From a bacterium (GTDB taxonomy: Bacteria > Patescibacteriota > Minisyncoccia > UBA6257 > GWB1-50-10), in assembly GCA_002686365.1 (NCBI GenBank), contig NZBZ01000020.1, positions 1 to 53,483 of the forward strand: a stretch of 53,483 nt of DNA, read 5' to 3'. Each line of letters begins with the position of its first letter. Within the stretch, counting starts at the first letter, position 1. The translations under genes and the position numbers were made by a program. Shown one piece after another: positions 1 to 8,828 of the stretch. The notes under the pieces are model-generated. The model worked only from the letters and a program-made list of their open reading frames with translations. It searched no databases and was not told where the DNA came from.

Positions 1-62
1 CCCCCACACCTAATTAGGTATAGTAAATAAAGGGTTTTTGAGAAATATATTAGGTGTGGGGG
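1..62. repeat. Inverted repeat CCCCCACACCTAAT...ATTAGGTGTGGGGG (CCC/GGG-terminated palindromic element, possibly cut by the window edge)
   Basis: 14-bp perfect arms at 1-14 and 49-62; resembles the CCCTCACATAA family at 35-53 kb. Confidence 0.7.
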
Positions 63-208
63 TAAATATCCTAGATATTTGCTATAATGTTGACATAAAA
101 ATAACAGAAAAGGTCGATATATCTTGAATAAGCACAAATTGGATCACAAATTTCACAGATATTTATTTCAAGAGATTGGTGATTAAATTAGTGTAAATTG
201 TAAATATT

Positions 209-490
209 ATGAAGAAAGATGGACTTATAGAAGCAGTATTAGGAGCTGCAGGGCTCGACTCTAAAAAGCAGGCTCAGGACGCAGTAGAAGCAGTATTTAG
301 CACAATAACAGACACGCTGAGCAAAGGAGAAGAGGTTGCAGTAACAGGATTTGGCACATTCCGAACAACAAAGAGAGCAGCTCGCATGGGAGTAAACCCA
401 AAGACTGGAGAGAGAATCCAGATTGCTGCCTCAATTGCGGCAAAGTTTAAAGCAGGAAAGCTTTTAAAGGATGCTGTAAATAATAGGTAG
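209..490 (+). CDS. hup: HU family histone-like DNA-binding protein
   Basis: 93 aa; GFGTF..KRAARMGVNPKTGERIQI is the HU/IHF signature. Confidence 0.95.
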   Translation: MKKDGLIEAVLGAAGLDSKKQAQDAVEAVFSTITDTLSKGEEVAVTGFGTFRTTKRAARMGVNPKTGERIQIAASIAAKFKAGKLLKDAVNNR

Positions 491-503
491 AAACTTAAGT
501 AAT

Positions 504-541
504 AAACTAAAAACCCCCGCCATGGCGGGGGTTTTTAGTTT
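504..541. terminator. Bidirectional intrinsic terminator
   Basis: Perfect 38-bp palindrome AAACTAAAAACCCCCGCCATGGCGGGGGTTTTTAGTTT between convergent genes. Confidence 0.9.
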
Positions 542-587
542 GGTGTTCCTTGCCGCAGTGGCCACAAAACACGGCAAGAAACACACG

Positions 588-1709
588 CTAGAGCAGCTTC
601 CTCACAAAACCGCTCATTTCAATAAAGATTCGGTACGCACCCTTCACATCCTGGAAGGAGGCTGTTACTAAATCTTTTATTGACAATTTTTGATCCTCAA
701 TATCCGCCTCTAAAGGAGGCAGTGTTGAGGTGCTGGAAGAAAGAACATCTGAGGAAGTTGCAGTAGAAGTTGCTATCCCATCTGCAAGAGGCAAAGTAGT
801 TATCTTTTGAAGGACAGTGCTTGTTGCAGTTCCTTCCTCATCTGATGGAATAGAAGAGGTGGATTCAATGGAAACCTCTTCTGAGGAGGTAGTCTGAGGA
901 AGAAGAGAGTCGGACAAGAGGGAAGAAGTAGAAATAGCTTTAGTAGAAGTGGAAGAAGAGAGAGTAGAGGTAGATAGTGATTCAGTTGAGGTCGAGACCG
1001 CCTCTTTCGAGGTTGATGTAAGAAGTTGAGAAACGTACTGCTTCAAAAAGAGTTCTTCCGCAAGTCCATTCCCTGCAACGCCCTTCCTGATAAATCCCTC
1101 CGCCTCTTCAAGAAGCTCTCGAAGAGAGGCAGACCCTTCTACCCCAATACGCTCAAGCTTCAAAAGATCCTTATGAATCTTAGATGCCCGAGACTCTGCA
1201 ATCTCTATTATCTTCTGCCCCTTACGAATAATGGAAAAGTTATTAATCTGCGCAACAAGAGACATGTAGTTCTCTTCCCGCCACTCCTTGAACTCCTCTG
1301 CCAAGACCTTTATCGCGTCTACATCATCAATTTCAGAAAAGCCAACTTCTTTCTGAGCTTCAAAATATTCAAGAGCCTGATCAAGTCCTTCAAGCACAGA
1401 GTCTTTCCAAAGCATAATATCCTCCTCCTCATCTTCAACCAAAAGGATTTTTACCTTTAGGTCTTGTGCTTCAGAAAGAGAAAGTTCTAAGACTTTACGA
1501 AAAGCATCAATGCGAAGCGCAAGATCATCCGAAATATCTTCGTCTCGCGCTGTAACAAGATCATCAACGCTTTCCTGTACCTCCTCTGCCGCTTTTTTCA
1601 CAGCATCAGATTGAGCAATTCGTATTTCTGCGAGCGCAAACTGGGCTGTGAGAAAAAAAACAAAAAAGGCTAAAAGCCCACCAAAAAATTTACTACCAAA
1701 ATAGTACAT
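588..1709 (-). CDS. Exported helical protein with Ser/Thr-rich low-complexity linker, function unknown
   Basis: N-terminal signal peptide (AQFALA/E), acidic helical body, long STST tract; third gene of the ECF operon. Confidence 0.75.
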   Translation of the reverse strand: MYYFGSKFFGGLLAFFVFFLTAQFALAEIRIAQSDAVKKAAEEVQESVDDLVTARDEDISDDLALRIDAFRKVLELSLSEAQDLKVKILLVEDEEEDIMLWKDSVLEGLDQALEYFEAQKEVGFSEIDDVDAIKVLAEEFKEWREENYMSLVAQINNFSIIRKGQKIIEIAESRASKIHKDLLKLERIGVEGSASLRELLEEAEGFIRKGVAGNGLAEELFLKQYVSQLLTSTSKEAVSTSTESLSTSTLSSSTSTKAISTSSLLSDSLLPQTTSSEEVSIESTSSIPSDEEGTATSTVLQKITTLPLADGIATSTATSSDVLSSSTSTLPPLEADIEDQKLSIKDLVTASFQDVKGAYRIFIEMSGFVRKLL

Positions 1710-1732
1710 AATTAACCGCTTTAAGCATAAGT

Positions 1733-2194
1733 TTAAAATAGCACCGTATTCAGAAGTTCGTCAATCTCAGGATTCCCTTCTTCCTCAAAGAGAAACTTTT
1801 CCTGCTCTGTTAGAAGAAGCTCAGTATTTAGGTGACGAAGGCTGTCATTGCTAATTTCCTGAAGAGCAACTGCAACCGCCTCATTCAAAGATTCACTATA
1901 GGCAATTTCCTCAAGTTCAATACTAATCGTAAGCTCTTCGAGTTCATCTTTGATATCTCCCATGTCTAACGAGGCGTACGCAGAAGATCCTCCTCCTGAA
2001 ATAAGAATAATCGAGAGCCCGATAACAAGCGCGAGCGCTGCAAAAGAGCCCATATACAGAGGACGCCAGAGACTAAGGAGAGAAAAGCTTTGCGAACTAG
2101 CTAAAATAGACCGCTTTGAGGAATCTTGAAACTCCCAATGCGGCTCTATGCTTTTAAGCTTCTCGAGTTGTTGTATGATTTCCTTCTTCTCCAT
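1733..2194 (-). CDS. Single-pass membrane protein, putative anti-sigma factor
   Basis: Directly downstream of and overlapping the ECF sigma; short cytoplasmic N-terminus, one TM helix, acidic C-terminus. Confidence 0.6.
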   Translation of the reverse strand: MEKKEIIQQLEKLKSIEPHWEFQDSSKRSILASSQSFSLLSLWRPLYMGSFAALALVIGLSIILISGGGSSAYASLDMGDIKDELEELTISIELEEIAYSESLNEAVAVALQEISNDSLRHLNTELLLTEQEKFLFEEEGNPEIDELLNTVLF

Positions 2195-2756
2195 GGTTTT
2201 CTAATAAGTCTCGAACTTGTTTTAGCGCTCTATGCTGGATCACCCGAATAGCACCCTCGCTCTTCTCAAGCGTTACGGAAATTTCCTTGTTTGAGAGATG
2301 ATCCACGAACTTCATAAGAAGAACACTCTGGCTTGTCTCATCAAGCTGACGGATAACGGAATGGATACGCTCGACCTCTATAGACTGATCTACGCGATCC
2401 TCAATGTTAGGATTTTCAGAAAGAACCTGCTCAGGAAGAGTTTCAATATCTTGATGACTTCTTGAGGTCCGGTAAAAATCAACAACAGTGTTTTGCGCAA
2501 TACGATAGAGCCAGCTTGAAAAGGGATGACCCTTTTCTTTGTATCTCTTCAGACTCTTCCAAGCTTTTAAAAATACTTGGTGCGTGAGGTCTTCAGCATC
2601 CGTTTTGCTGCTCACCCTAAAATAGATGAACCTGTAGATTTGAGACACGTACTGATCATAGAGTCTTCCAAATGCCTCAGAATCTCCCCTTTTTGCACTT
2701 TTAATGATCTCAGACTCTTTCATATATAGAACGAGGCATAAGAGGACTTGTTTCAA
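2154..2756 (-). CDS. ECF (sigma-70 group 4) RNA polymerase sigma factor; true start may be the ATG at 2720 (MKESEII)
   Basis: Region 2 (AFGRLYDQY..AEDLTHQVFLKAW..FSSWLYRIAQN) and region 4 (LSNKEISVTLEKSEGAIRVIQHRA). Confidence 0.93.
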   Translation of the reverse strand: MKQVLLCLVLYMKESEIIKSAKRGDSEAFGRLYDQYVSQIYRFIYFRVSSKTDAEDLTHQVFLKAWKSLKRYKEKGHPFSSWLYRIAQNTVVDFYRTSRSHQDIETLPEQVLSENPNIEDRVDQSIEVERIHSVIRQLDETSQSVLLMKFVDHLSNKEISVTLEKSEGAIRVIQHRALKQVRDLLENHGEEGNHTTTREA

Positions 2757-2928
2757 ATGATGAAGAAATGAGGGCTAAAAGCATGTAACGTTACAAGAAA
2801 CGGGAGCGTAACACTCCCTTTCCCTTGAGATTACCAGAAAAAAGCATGGTGGACAATATAAAAAAATAAGCCCCAGAGTGTCAACGCATGAGTGTGTGAC
2901 AGCTCTGAGGCCGATGATATGAGGGGGG

Positions 2929-3816
2929 CTAGCGCTCCCCGAGGTGATAGTCGGCGTAGAGGAGGACCCCATGCTCACCCGCACGGGCGAGAAGTACGTC
3001 CTGCCCGTCGCGGGCGCGTAGCACGGACGCACGATGCGGAGAAGGCACCTCAACGAGATCTCCTTCTCGGGTGTTCTGCACGGCCAACCGACTGTCGTCT
3101 GGGACGAAGAACTCCGCCAGTCGTTGGTCTGTTTCATCTTCCCCGACGGAAACACGGAAGCCATCGTGGCGCACTTCTTCCACATGGAGGGCCCCTGTGA
3201 CAGCGAACCTGCTGGAAGAAGTGAAAAGGAAGAGGGCTCTTTTCATCCCATGGTCGGAGGGAACGTCAGCCGAGCAAACCAGGAGGTGCCCCGAGAGAGC
3301 GCCAAGGACTGCATGCTTCTCGACGGAGAGCCCATCGAGATAGACTAATGAGAAGTCCAGCGCAGCCAAGGGCACGATGTGCTCAAGCCAGTCTTTCTGC
3401 ACCCTTCGATATCCAACGTGTAGCTCCGAGCCCACAAGAGAGAAACGAAACTCCCCTTGAAGCGCGCCGGAGCCGTACAGTACGTCATCCAGTACATAGA
3501 AGCCGGAACTCTGTATTGCAGCGTCACTGTCGACATACGAGTTCAGCAGACGCTGGGCCCTAGCCAGGGCTGATTGGACCCTCCTGACCTCAGCGAGGGT
3601 CTGTTGTCGTAGCTCGTCTGCAGACTCGGCGATCTCCGAGGGTGCGACCGTGGGATCCTCGATAGGATCATCACGGACAAATACCCCGGAAGCGACGAGA
3701 CTGAATGCCACGACCATGAGCACCACCAGGATGGAAGCAGTAATAATGATGGTGGTGCGGTAGCGACTGAAGAAGGCGGAGATCTTGGAGCTGACCCAGC
3801 CAAGAAGGAGACGCAT
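2929..3816 (-). CDS. Hypothetical membrane-anchored protein, GC-rich relative to neighbours
   Basis: 295-aa ORF with N-terminal TM helix, AAAGGA SD, upstream TTGACA-17-TATTTT promoter, downstream hairpin plus T-run. Confidence 0.7.
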   Translation of the reverse strand: MRLLLGWVSSKISAFFSRYRTTIIITASILVVLMVVAFSLVASGVFVRDDPIEDPTVAPSEIAESADELRQQTLAEVRRVQSALARAQRLLNSYVDSDAAIQSSGFYVLDDVLYGSGALQGEFRFSLVGSELHVGYRRVQKDWLEHIVPLAALDFSLVYLDGLSVEKHAVLGALSGHLLVCSADVPSDHGMKRALFLFTSSSRFAVTGALHVEEVRHDGFRVSVGEDETDQRLAEFFVPDDSRLAVQNTREGDLVEVPSPHRASVLRARDGQDVLLARAGEHGVLLYADYHLGER

Positions 3817-3989
3817 GAGGCGTCCTTTCAGTGAGCAGGCCGAAACTTAAGCAACGAAGTTGGAAACCACCCCATGTGGCTCCCAGCATACGTTGCTCAA
3901 GCAAGGTTTTAAAAGAGCAGGATTGCGCCCATAAAATAGCATATTTATTAGAAAGTGTCAATTAGAAGAGACAAAAAGATTTGCTCTCG

Positions 3990-4027
3990 CCCAATGTATC
4001 AGTGTACTAGTACACTGATACATTGGG
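3990..4027. repeat. 38-bp perfect palindrome CCCAATGTATCAGTGTACTAGTACACTGATACATTGGG
   Basis: The 36-bp core recurs exactly at 18074-18109. Confidence 0.95.
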
Positions 4028-4431
4028 AGTGGTTCGATTCTCGCAGACTGTAGATACACAAAAAGAGCATGCAAGCATACTCCTTTTGTGTTTACACTGA
4101 GCGAGCCTTCGACTTGGCTCAGGCCAAGGCGAAGCGAGTCGAAGTGTGCGGGATACGAGAATCGCCTACAAGTCGCTCGGTCTTCCGACCTCGCGCTCGC
4201 AGGCCGCCTGCCCTGGGCTTCGCTACGCCTTCGGCGTATAGCGTCGCCCGTCTTCACTGCTCGAACACAAGCAGTTGTGTTCTCGCTACGCTCCGACCCC
4301 GCGGTGCTCCTCGCCAATCGCTCGTCGCACATCGCTGCGGTCTTCGATCCCCCACGCACGCAAATTTATTTGCGTGCTCCACCAAAATACATGAAGCTGG
4401 AACTATAAAAGCTCCAGCTTCATGTGTTCAG
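4028..4431 (-). repeat. tRNA-Gly 3'-tail module (hairpins, antisense T-arm copies, degenerate 3'-end duplicate)
   Basis: Hairpin 4389-4424; TTCGATCCCCCACGCACGCA 4343-4362; degenerate 3'-end copy 4146-4164; second antisense copy 4033-4045. Confidence 0.75.
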
Positions 4432-4502
4432 TGCGGGTGGGGGGAATCGAACCCCCGTCTACTCCTTGGAAGAGAGTCATCCTACCACTGAACGACACCC
4501 GC
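4432..4502 (-). tRNA. tRNA-Gly(TCC)
   Basis: Cloverleaf GCGGGTG/CACCCGC, anticodon loop CT-TCC-AA, GGTTCGATT T-loop. Confidence 0.95.
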
Positions 4503-4506
4503 GTTT

Positions 4507-5181
4507 TTAAACATCCGGCAATGCACCTTCAATCCAACCCATGATTTTTCGGTGAAGCCGGACACCAAACTCTGGTTTTCCTTTGCTCACAATTGTAATG
4601 CGAGCAGTCCCATAAGGCAACTTCCGACGCTTTATCCGTAATTTATTCGTCCTAGCATCAATAATAGGATTCTGAAAATTACTTGCAGGCAAGTTTGTAA
4701 CTTTTATCCAGTAACGTATACATTCTTCAGTTTTATTGTCTGGATATAGATACAAAAGCACTTTAATATGAGACAAAGGAACGCCGCAAGCATCTTGAAA
4801 CCATCGAATTGCCAACTTAATGATTCGAGGATCAGAATTTATTACTTGGGCGAATTCATAAGATTTTGACCCTTCACCAATATAAATACCCAACCCCAAC
4901 AGAAATAAGTCCCGCCGAGTAAGATTTCCTACCTCTCTCTTACCTTCTTGTTTTAATTGGCTCGTCTCCTCCATCCTCCGATTATGCCGAACAGCTCCAC
5001 CACGGGCAGGAGCATAACGAATTCTTCCTAAAACCCTTTTATTAGGAGCGAATGGTCGGTCTTTAAACCAGTTACTCAAAGTGCTTTTCGTGATGTCTAA
5101 TTTCTCACTAATCAAGTTGTAGGAATACCCAGCATCACGCATTTTAGTGGCCTTTTCTTTTTGTGGGTTATAACGAGGCAT
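4507..5181 (-). CDS. HTH plus LAGLIDADG-like hypothetical protein (ORF track starts at 5205; ATG 5181 preferred)
   Basis: N-terminal HTH (GYSYNLISEKLDITKSTLSNW); LGLGIYIGEGSK motif followed by INSDP; TG-n-TATAAT 6 nt before ATG 5181. Confidence 0.65.
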   Translation of the reverse strand: MPRYNPQKEKATKMRDAGYSYNLISEKLDITKSTLSNWFKDRPFAPNKRVLGRIRYAPARGGAVRHNRRMEETSQLKQEGKREVGNLTRRDLFLLGLGIYIGEGSKSYEFAQVINSDPRIIKLAIRWFQDACGVPLSHIKVLLYLYPDNKTEECIRYWIKVTNLPASNFQNPIIDARTNKLRIKRRKLPYGTARITIVSKGKPEFGVRLHRKIMGWIEGALPDV

Positions 5182-5250
5182 ATGTTTATTATACCATACA
5201 CCCAAACAACATACCCGGGTTCGGAAAAAGGGAAAAATAAAAAACGGAAA

Positions 5251-5895
5251 CTATCCCTCCGTTTCATTTTGATGTCCATTCTTGAGCCACCATGCGCCAA
5301 GGTAGACCAATGGAGAACTTATTGAACCAAATAAAACCTTAAAGATAAAGTAGGGGATTGCAATTCCCATGACAAATGCAAATGTGAATTTCGGCGTGAG
5401 CTGGTAGAAGGCAATCATCATAAATAGGAAGGTATCGATTGCCTGCGAGAAGACTGTGGATACATTTGTTCGAAGCCACAAAAATCGTCCAGAGGTTTTC
5501 TTTTTCAAAAGCCCAAATGACCACACATCATGAAACTGTGAAATGAGAAAAGCAATAATACTTGCAGTCATAATTCGAAGCGAGCTTTTGAAAACAGTAA
5601 CATAAGCGTCATTCATGGTATACCGCTCATGCGCCGGCAATGAAACAAAGATTGCAACGTAGGCCATAACAATAAGAATCGCAATCATGCCCGCGAGAAT
5701 AAACTGGCGGGCAAGCTTTTTTCCAAATACCTCTTCAACAACATCTGTTGCGAGAAATGCGAGAGGTACCATAAAAATGCCAACTGATGCAGAAAAGGGC
5801 CCAAAAAGAGAAATAATCTTTGAACCAAAAAGATTCATGCCAATAAGAAGGGCGATAAAGATTGCAAAAAGCACTTGAAGTCGAAATGAAAACAT
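5251..5895 (-). CDS. VUT family (YhhQ-like) queuosine precursor transporter
   Basis: Multi-TM; SK..; PLAFLATDVVEEVFG; R..TASIIAFLISQFHD; WLRTNVSTVFSQAIDT. Confidence 0.9.
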   Translation of the reverse strand: MFSFRLQVLFAIFIALLIGMNLFGSKIISLFGPFSASVGIFMVPLAFLATDVVEEVFGKKLARQFILAGMIAILIVMAYVAIFVSLPAHERYTMNDAYVTVFKSSLRIMTASIIAFLISQFHDVWSFGLLKKKTSGRFLWLRTNVSTVFSQAIDTFLFMMIAFYQLTPKFTFAFVMGIAIPYFIFKVLFGSISSPLVYLGAWWLKNGHQNETEG

Positions 5896-5921
5896 GAAGT
5901 CTATACTACCAATCTAAAAGC

Positions 5922-5953
5922 AAAAAAGAAAGGCGATCCGGAAGGGGACCGCC
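5922..5953 (-). terminator. Intrinsic terminator upstream of the VUT gene
   Basis: GGCGGTC/GATCGCC stem followed by TTTCTTTTTT on the minus strand. Confidence 0.7.
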
Positions 5954-6222
5954 AACGATGATGTAAACCAGTTTTGCGACGAGATGTTATAGATGAAGAA
6001 AGAAGGCCAGCTAGACACTTGGGCGAACTAGCCAGCCCAACAGGAATCATCGCGTGTGGTTACATATGTATTAATAACACATCCACAAAAACTAGGCAAG
6101 ATATTTTTCAGAGTTTTATGCGAGATATTGTCAAAAGTAAAATAAAGTTGTATAAAAATAGATAGATGGCACGCTCGACTACAGCAGTAGACACTAGGTC
6201 CTAGCCGTAGAAGGAGAATGTC

Positions 6223-6792
6223 ATGCCAGATGAACAACAGCTGCGCATTGATCTGCCTAAGGGTGTTACTGTATCTACTTCTGCCATCCAAGCTGCCTCG
6301 AGTGTCCCAGACAAAGAGGTGATTCCAAATCCAGAAGGACCGTGGATATTTAGTGGAGGAAGGACCCCGGGAAAATCAGTGGAACAGCTGATGTTCCTGA
6401 AGTACAAAAGGGTTCTGTGGTTTGCTACAAGTAATGAGATGCGGGACGAAAGACTGAAGCAGCATGCTAAGTGGCTGATACAGCAGGGAGAGAATCGAGT
6501 AGTGCGAGAATCCTGCGCCTTCTGCGAAAAGCCCGCCCAGGTCTTTTATGCAGAAGGGGGCAGTTCAGGATATGCGATAGTGCCAAAGCAAGTTGCCTGT
6601 GAGGCCTGTTTGCGGGCAAAACAGTTTTGGGAAGCAGAGTCAGGGGATCTCAAGTTTCCTGTTCTGCTAGATAACCGCTTCAGTAGCGAGGAATGTCGAA
6701 GGGGAATAGTTGAGGTGTTCAAAAGCGTTTTTGAGATACGCGGGAACATCACAATAAAAGCCGCTTTTGACTTCTTCTGTCGCGAAGACTAA
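6223..6792 (+). CDS. Hypothetical protein with CxxC...CxxC putative zinc site
   Basis: 189-aa ORF, AAGGAG SD, CAFC and CEAC motifs, terminator 6793-6827. Confidence 0.7.
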   Translation: MPDEQQLRIDLPKGVTVSTSAIQAASSVPDKEVIPNPEGPWIFSGGRTPGKSVEQLMFLKYKRVLWFATSNEMRDERLKQHAKWLIQQGENRVVRESCAFCEKPAQVFYAEGGSSGYAIVPKQVACEACLRAKQFWEAESGDLKFPVLLDNRFSSEECRRGIVEVFKSVFEIRGNITIKAAFDFFCRED

Positions 6793-6863
6793 CAGGCCGC
6801 CCACACAAAGGACGGCCTGATTTTTTTAATAAGATTATTGCAAATGCGAAAATATAAGGTAGA

Positions 6864-7427
6864 GTGATAATAATGAAAGCAATACGAATCATTGATCCAA
6901 TATACTGGCTTCTCCGCCTGATTCTGCGAAACTTTATAAACGCCGAGTTAACAAAGGTAGAAAAAAGATTTGTACAAAATAATATTGACAAGCATAGAGG
7001 GGTAATATGGGTAAATATTATCGTTAGCGTATTTGTCTTTCTCGGCCTGAGTAATACGCCAGAGGATACTATCAGCCTCGTAATAACTTCACTCATAGCC
7101 CCTGTTATGGTTATGGGCGCAGCATGGTTTGCCATTTCTTTTGGCGGCATTCCACAAAAGCTTATCAATATAGCTATGTCTGTAACGTTCTGGATGTTCA
7201 CCGCTTTCGTTGTATCACTATCAGCAATGTTCATTGCAGTTGGTTTTGTAACAAACCCATACTTATGGCCCGCCCTTATCATAATTTATCTGGGCGCTCT
7301 ATTTAGCTGTATTATGTATGACACATCAGACGGATTAAAGGCAGGACTAGACGAGACTCAGCTCAAGCACTCCCGAGCCGCACTGGCCTACTACGAAAAA
7401 GAAGGAATACGACCTGAAGACGAATAG
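6864..7427 (+). CDS. Hypothetical integral membrane protein (~4 TM); likely ATG at 6873
   Basis: Four hydrophobic segments. Confidence 0.75.
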   Translation: MIIMKAIRIIDPIYWLLRLILRNFINAELTKVEKRFVQNNIDKHRGVIWVNIIVSVFVFLGLSNTPEDTISLVITSLIAPVMVMGAAWFAISFGGIPQKLINIAMSVTFWMFTAFVVSLSAMFIAVGFVTNPYLWPALIIIYLGALFSCIMYDTSDGLKAGLDETQLKHSRAALAYYEKEGIRPEDE

Positions 7428-7443
7428 ACCGCCACTCAACTTC

Positions 7444-7477
7444 AATCAAAAAACCGCACACTCGTGCGATTTTTTAA
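7444..7477. terminator. Bidirectional terminator AAAAAACCGCACACTCGTGCGATTTTTT
   Basis: Near-identical copy at 11788-11820 and half copy at 10918-10932. Confidence 0.8.
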
Positions 7478-7614
7478 TCAACTATCATAAAATGCTTGCC
7501 CCAGAAATTTGTCTGAAAGCAGGTACGCTTCCCGCACTGCTCAAATAAGGGAAGAAAGCTCAACGCGATAAGCACAATAAGAAGAATTAGTAAGAATAGA
7601 AGAATCTTTTTCAT
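7474..7614 (-). CDS. Small (46 aa) membrane-anchored/exported protein not in the ORF track: MKKILLFLLILLIVLIALSFLPLFEQCGKRTCFQTNFWGKHFMIVD
   Basis: Hand-translated; its ATG overlaps the TGA of the upstream GrpB gene (ATGA); classic MKK plus hydrophobic stretch. Confidence 0.65.
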   Translation of the reverse strand: MKKILLFLLILLIVLIALSFLPLFEQCGKRTCFQTNFWGKHFMIVD

Positions 7615-8153
7615 TGACTCCTTTTCCATTCGACAACTTTTTCTCTTAATTCGGTATTAAGATATTTGTCTTTTCCTTTGCGATACGAAATGTAATCATT
7701 GGGGAATTGTTTTATAAGCATAGACTTTATCCGTTCGTACCGCTTTATTTCTTGTGGGTGTGTTTTCAGATAATCCCTTTTATCTATGAATTCATCTATT
7801 TTAGAGTGACCAACAGGAAAAACATGGATATTTTCTAGTCGTTTCCCATTTTTTTCTCTGCAAAAAAACATTGATTCTTCTGCTATATAATTCTCTTTGT
7901 ACGAATATCCTAATTTTTCCATCTCAATACGTTCGTTTTTAATATCGTGCATGTTATGAACAATAACCAAAACGTCAATGATAGGCTTTGCTTTCATTCC
8001 CTTAATAGAAGTGCTCCCAACATGCTGGACTGATAGCAATTTATCGCCAAACACGTTCTGAATTGCCTTCTTAATTTGTAAAAATTTATTATTCCACGAT
8101 GGATTATAATCTTCTAGTTCGTATTCTTTATTTATGGTTCGGTAAGTAGCCAT
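7611..8153 (-). CDS. GrpB/UPF0157 family nucleotidyltransferase-fold protein
   Basis: HVGSTSIKGMKAKPIIDV, NIHVF, RDYLKTHP..Y..K..L..Y..GK. Confidence 0.9.
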   Translation of the reverse strand: MATYRTINKEYELEDYNPSWNNKFLQIKKAIQNVFGDKLLSVQHVGSTSIKGMKAKPIIDVLVIVHNMHDIKNERIEMEKLGYSYKENYIAEESMFFCREKNGKRLENIHVFPVGHSKIDEFIDKRDYLKTHPQEIKRYERIKSMLIKQFPNDYISYRKGKDKYLNTELREKVVEWKRSQ

Positions 8154-8223
8154 ATGTATTGAATTTATTATCCCATAATAACTATAGAAACAAAAAATTT
8201 CTTGTAAAACGAAGCGTGTAATT

Positions 8224-8276
8224 GTGTCAGGAGACTGCCTGTCCGCCTTGGGCGGAGACGCTATTAGAACCTGTTT
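8224..8276 (+). repeat. Array junction motif GTCAGG(A)GACTG-[CCTGTCCGCCTTGGGCGGA]-GACGCTATTAGAACCTGTTT
   Basis: 8257-8276 is identical to 10087-10106 (20 bp); related copy ends at 11242; partial copy near 8800. Confidence 0.8.
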
Positions 8277-8297
8277 GGTGAGTTAAATTTTAATATG

Positions 8298-8792
8298 TTA
8301 TCGGAAGTATTTTTCTAACACTTTAAAATAATCACTCCCATTATCAACTTCCTTGTAATTATTTTTATCTACCCACATGAATTTATCATGCTCATCACTT
8401 AATTTCAGTTCACCTGAAATATACCTACACTTAAATGCTACATAATACACCACCTTTCCATAATTCTCGTTGGTTTTAGGAACTTTGAAAAATTCGTGAT
8501 ACCACGAAGCAAATGGATCGCCAACCTCTATTTCAAGATTCGTCTCCTCCTTAACTTCTCTTTGTAACGAACGGATTAAGCTGGACGCGTCTCCATCTTT
8601 AGCTTCATCTTCCTGAATTTTTCCTCCAGGAAAGTCCAAGCCCTCAAAAGGGTCATTGAGAACCAAAATCTTTCCATCTTTTTCAATAAGAGCTTTTTGC
8701 CCAACACAAAGTAATGCATCATCTTTCATAGAGATAAAAATAACAGACTTTAGTCTGTTTCTCCACTTATAAAAAACCTCAACTCTAATCAC
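8298..8792 (-). CDS. NUDIX hydrolase
   Basis: FPGGKIQEDE(insert)...SLQREVKEETNL Nudix box; LSDEHD..W. Confidence 0.9.
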   Translation of the reverse strand: MIRVEVFYKWRNRLKSVIFISMKDDALLCVGQKALIEKDGKILVLNDPFEGLDFPGGKIQEDEAKDGDASSLIRSLQREVKEETNLEIEVGDPFASWYHEFFKVPKTNENYGKVVYYVAFKCRYISGELKLSDEHDKFMWVDKNNYKEVDNGSDYFKVLEKYFR

Positions 8793-8828
8793 AGATAGGC
8801 CTGTTTGGTGAATGTTTGATAGTGCAAT

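Noticed and set aside
4069-4491. ORFs 3958-4359, 4069-4491 and 4088-4408
   Set aside because: They lie over the GC-rich tRNA-Gly tail and tRNA, where stops are depleted; the translations are not protein-like.
5915-6075. Canonical preQ1 riboswitch
   Set aside because: The consensus loop and A-rich 3' tail are not found, so it is kept only as an unclassified candidate.
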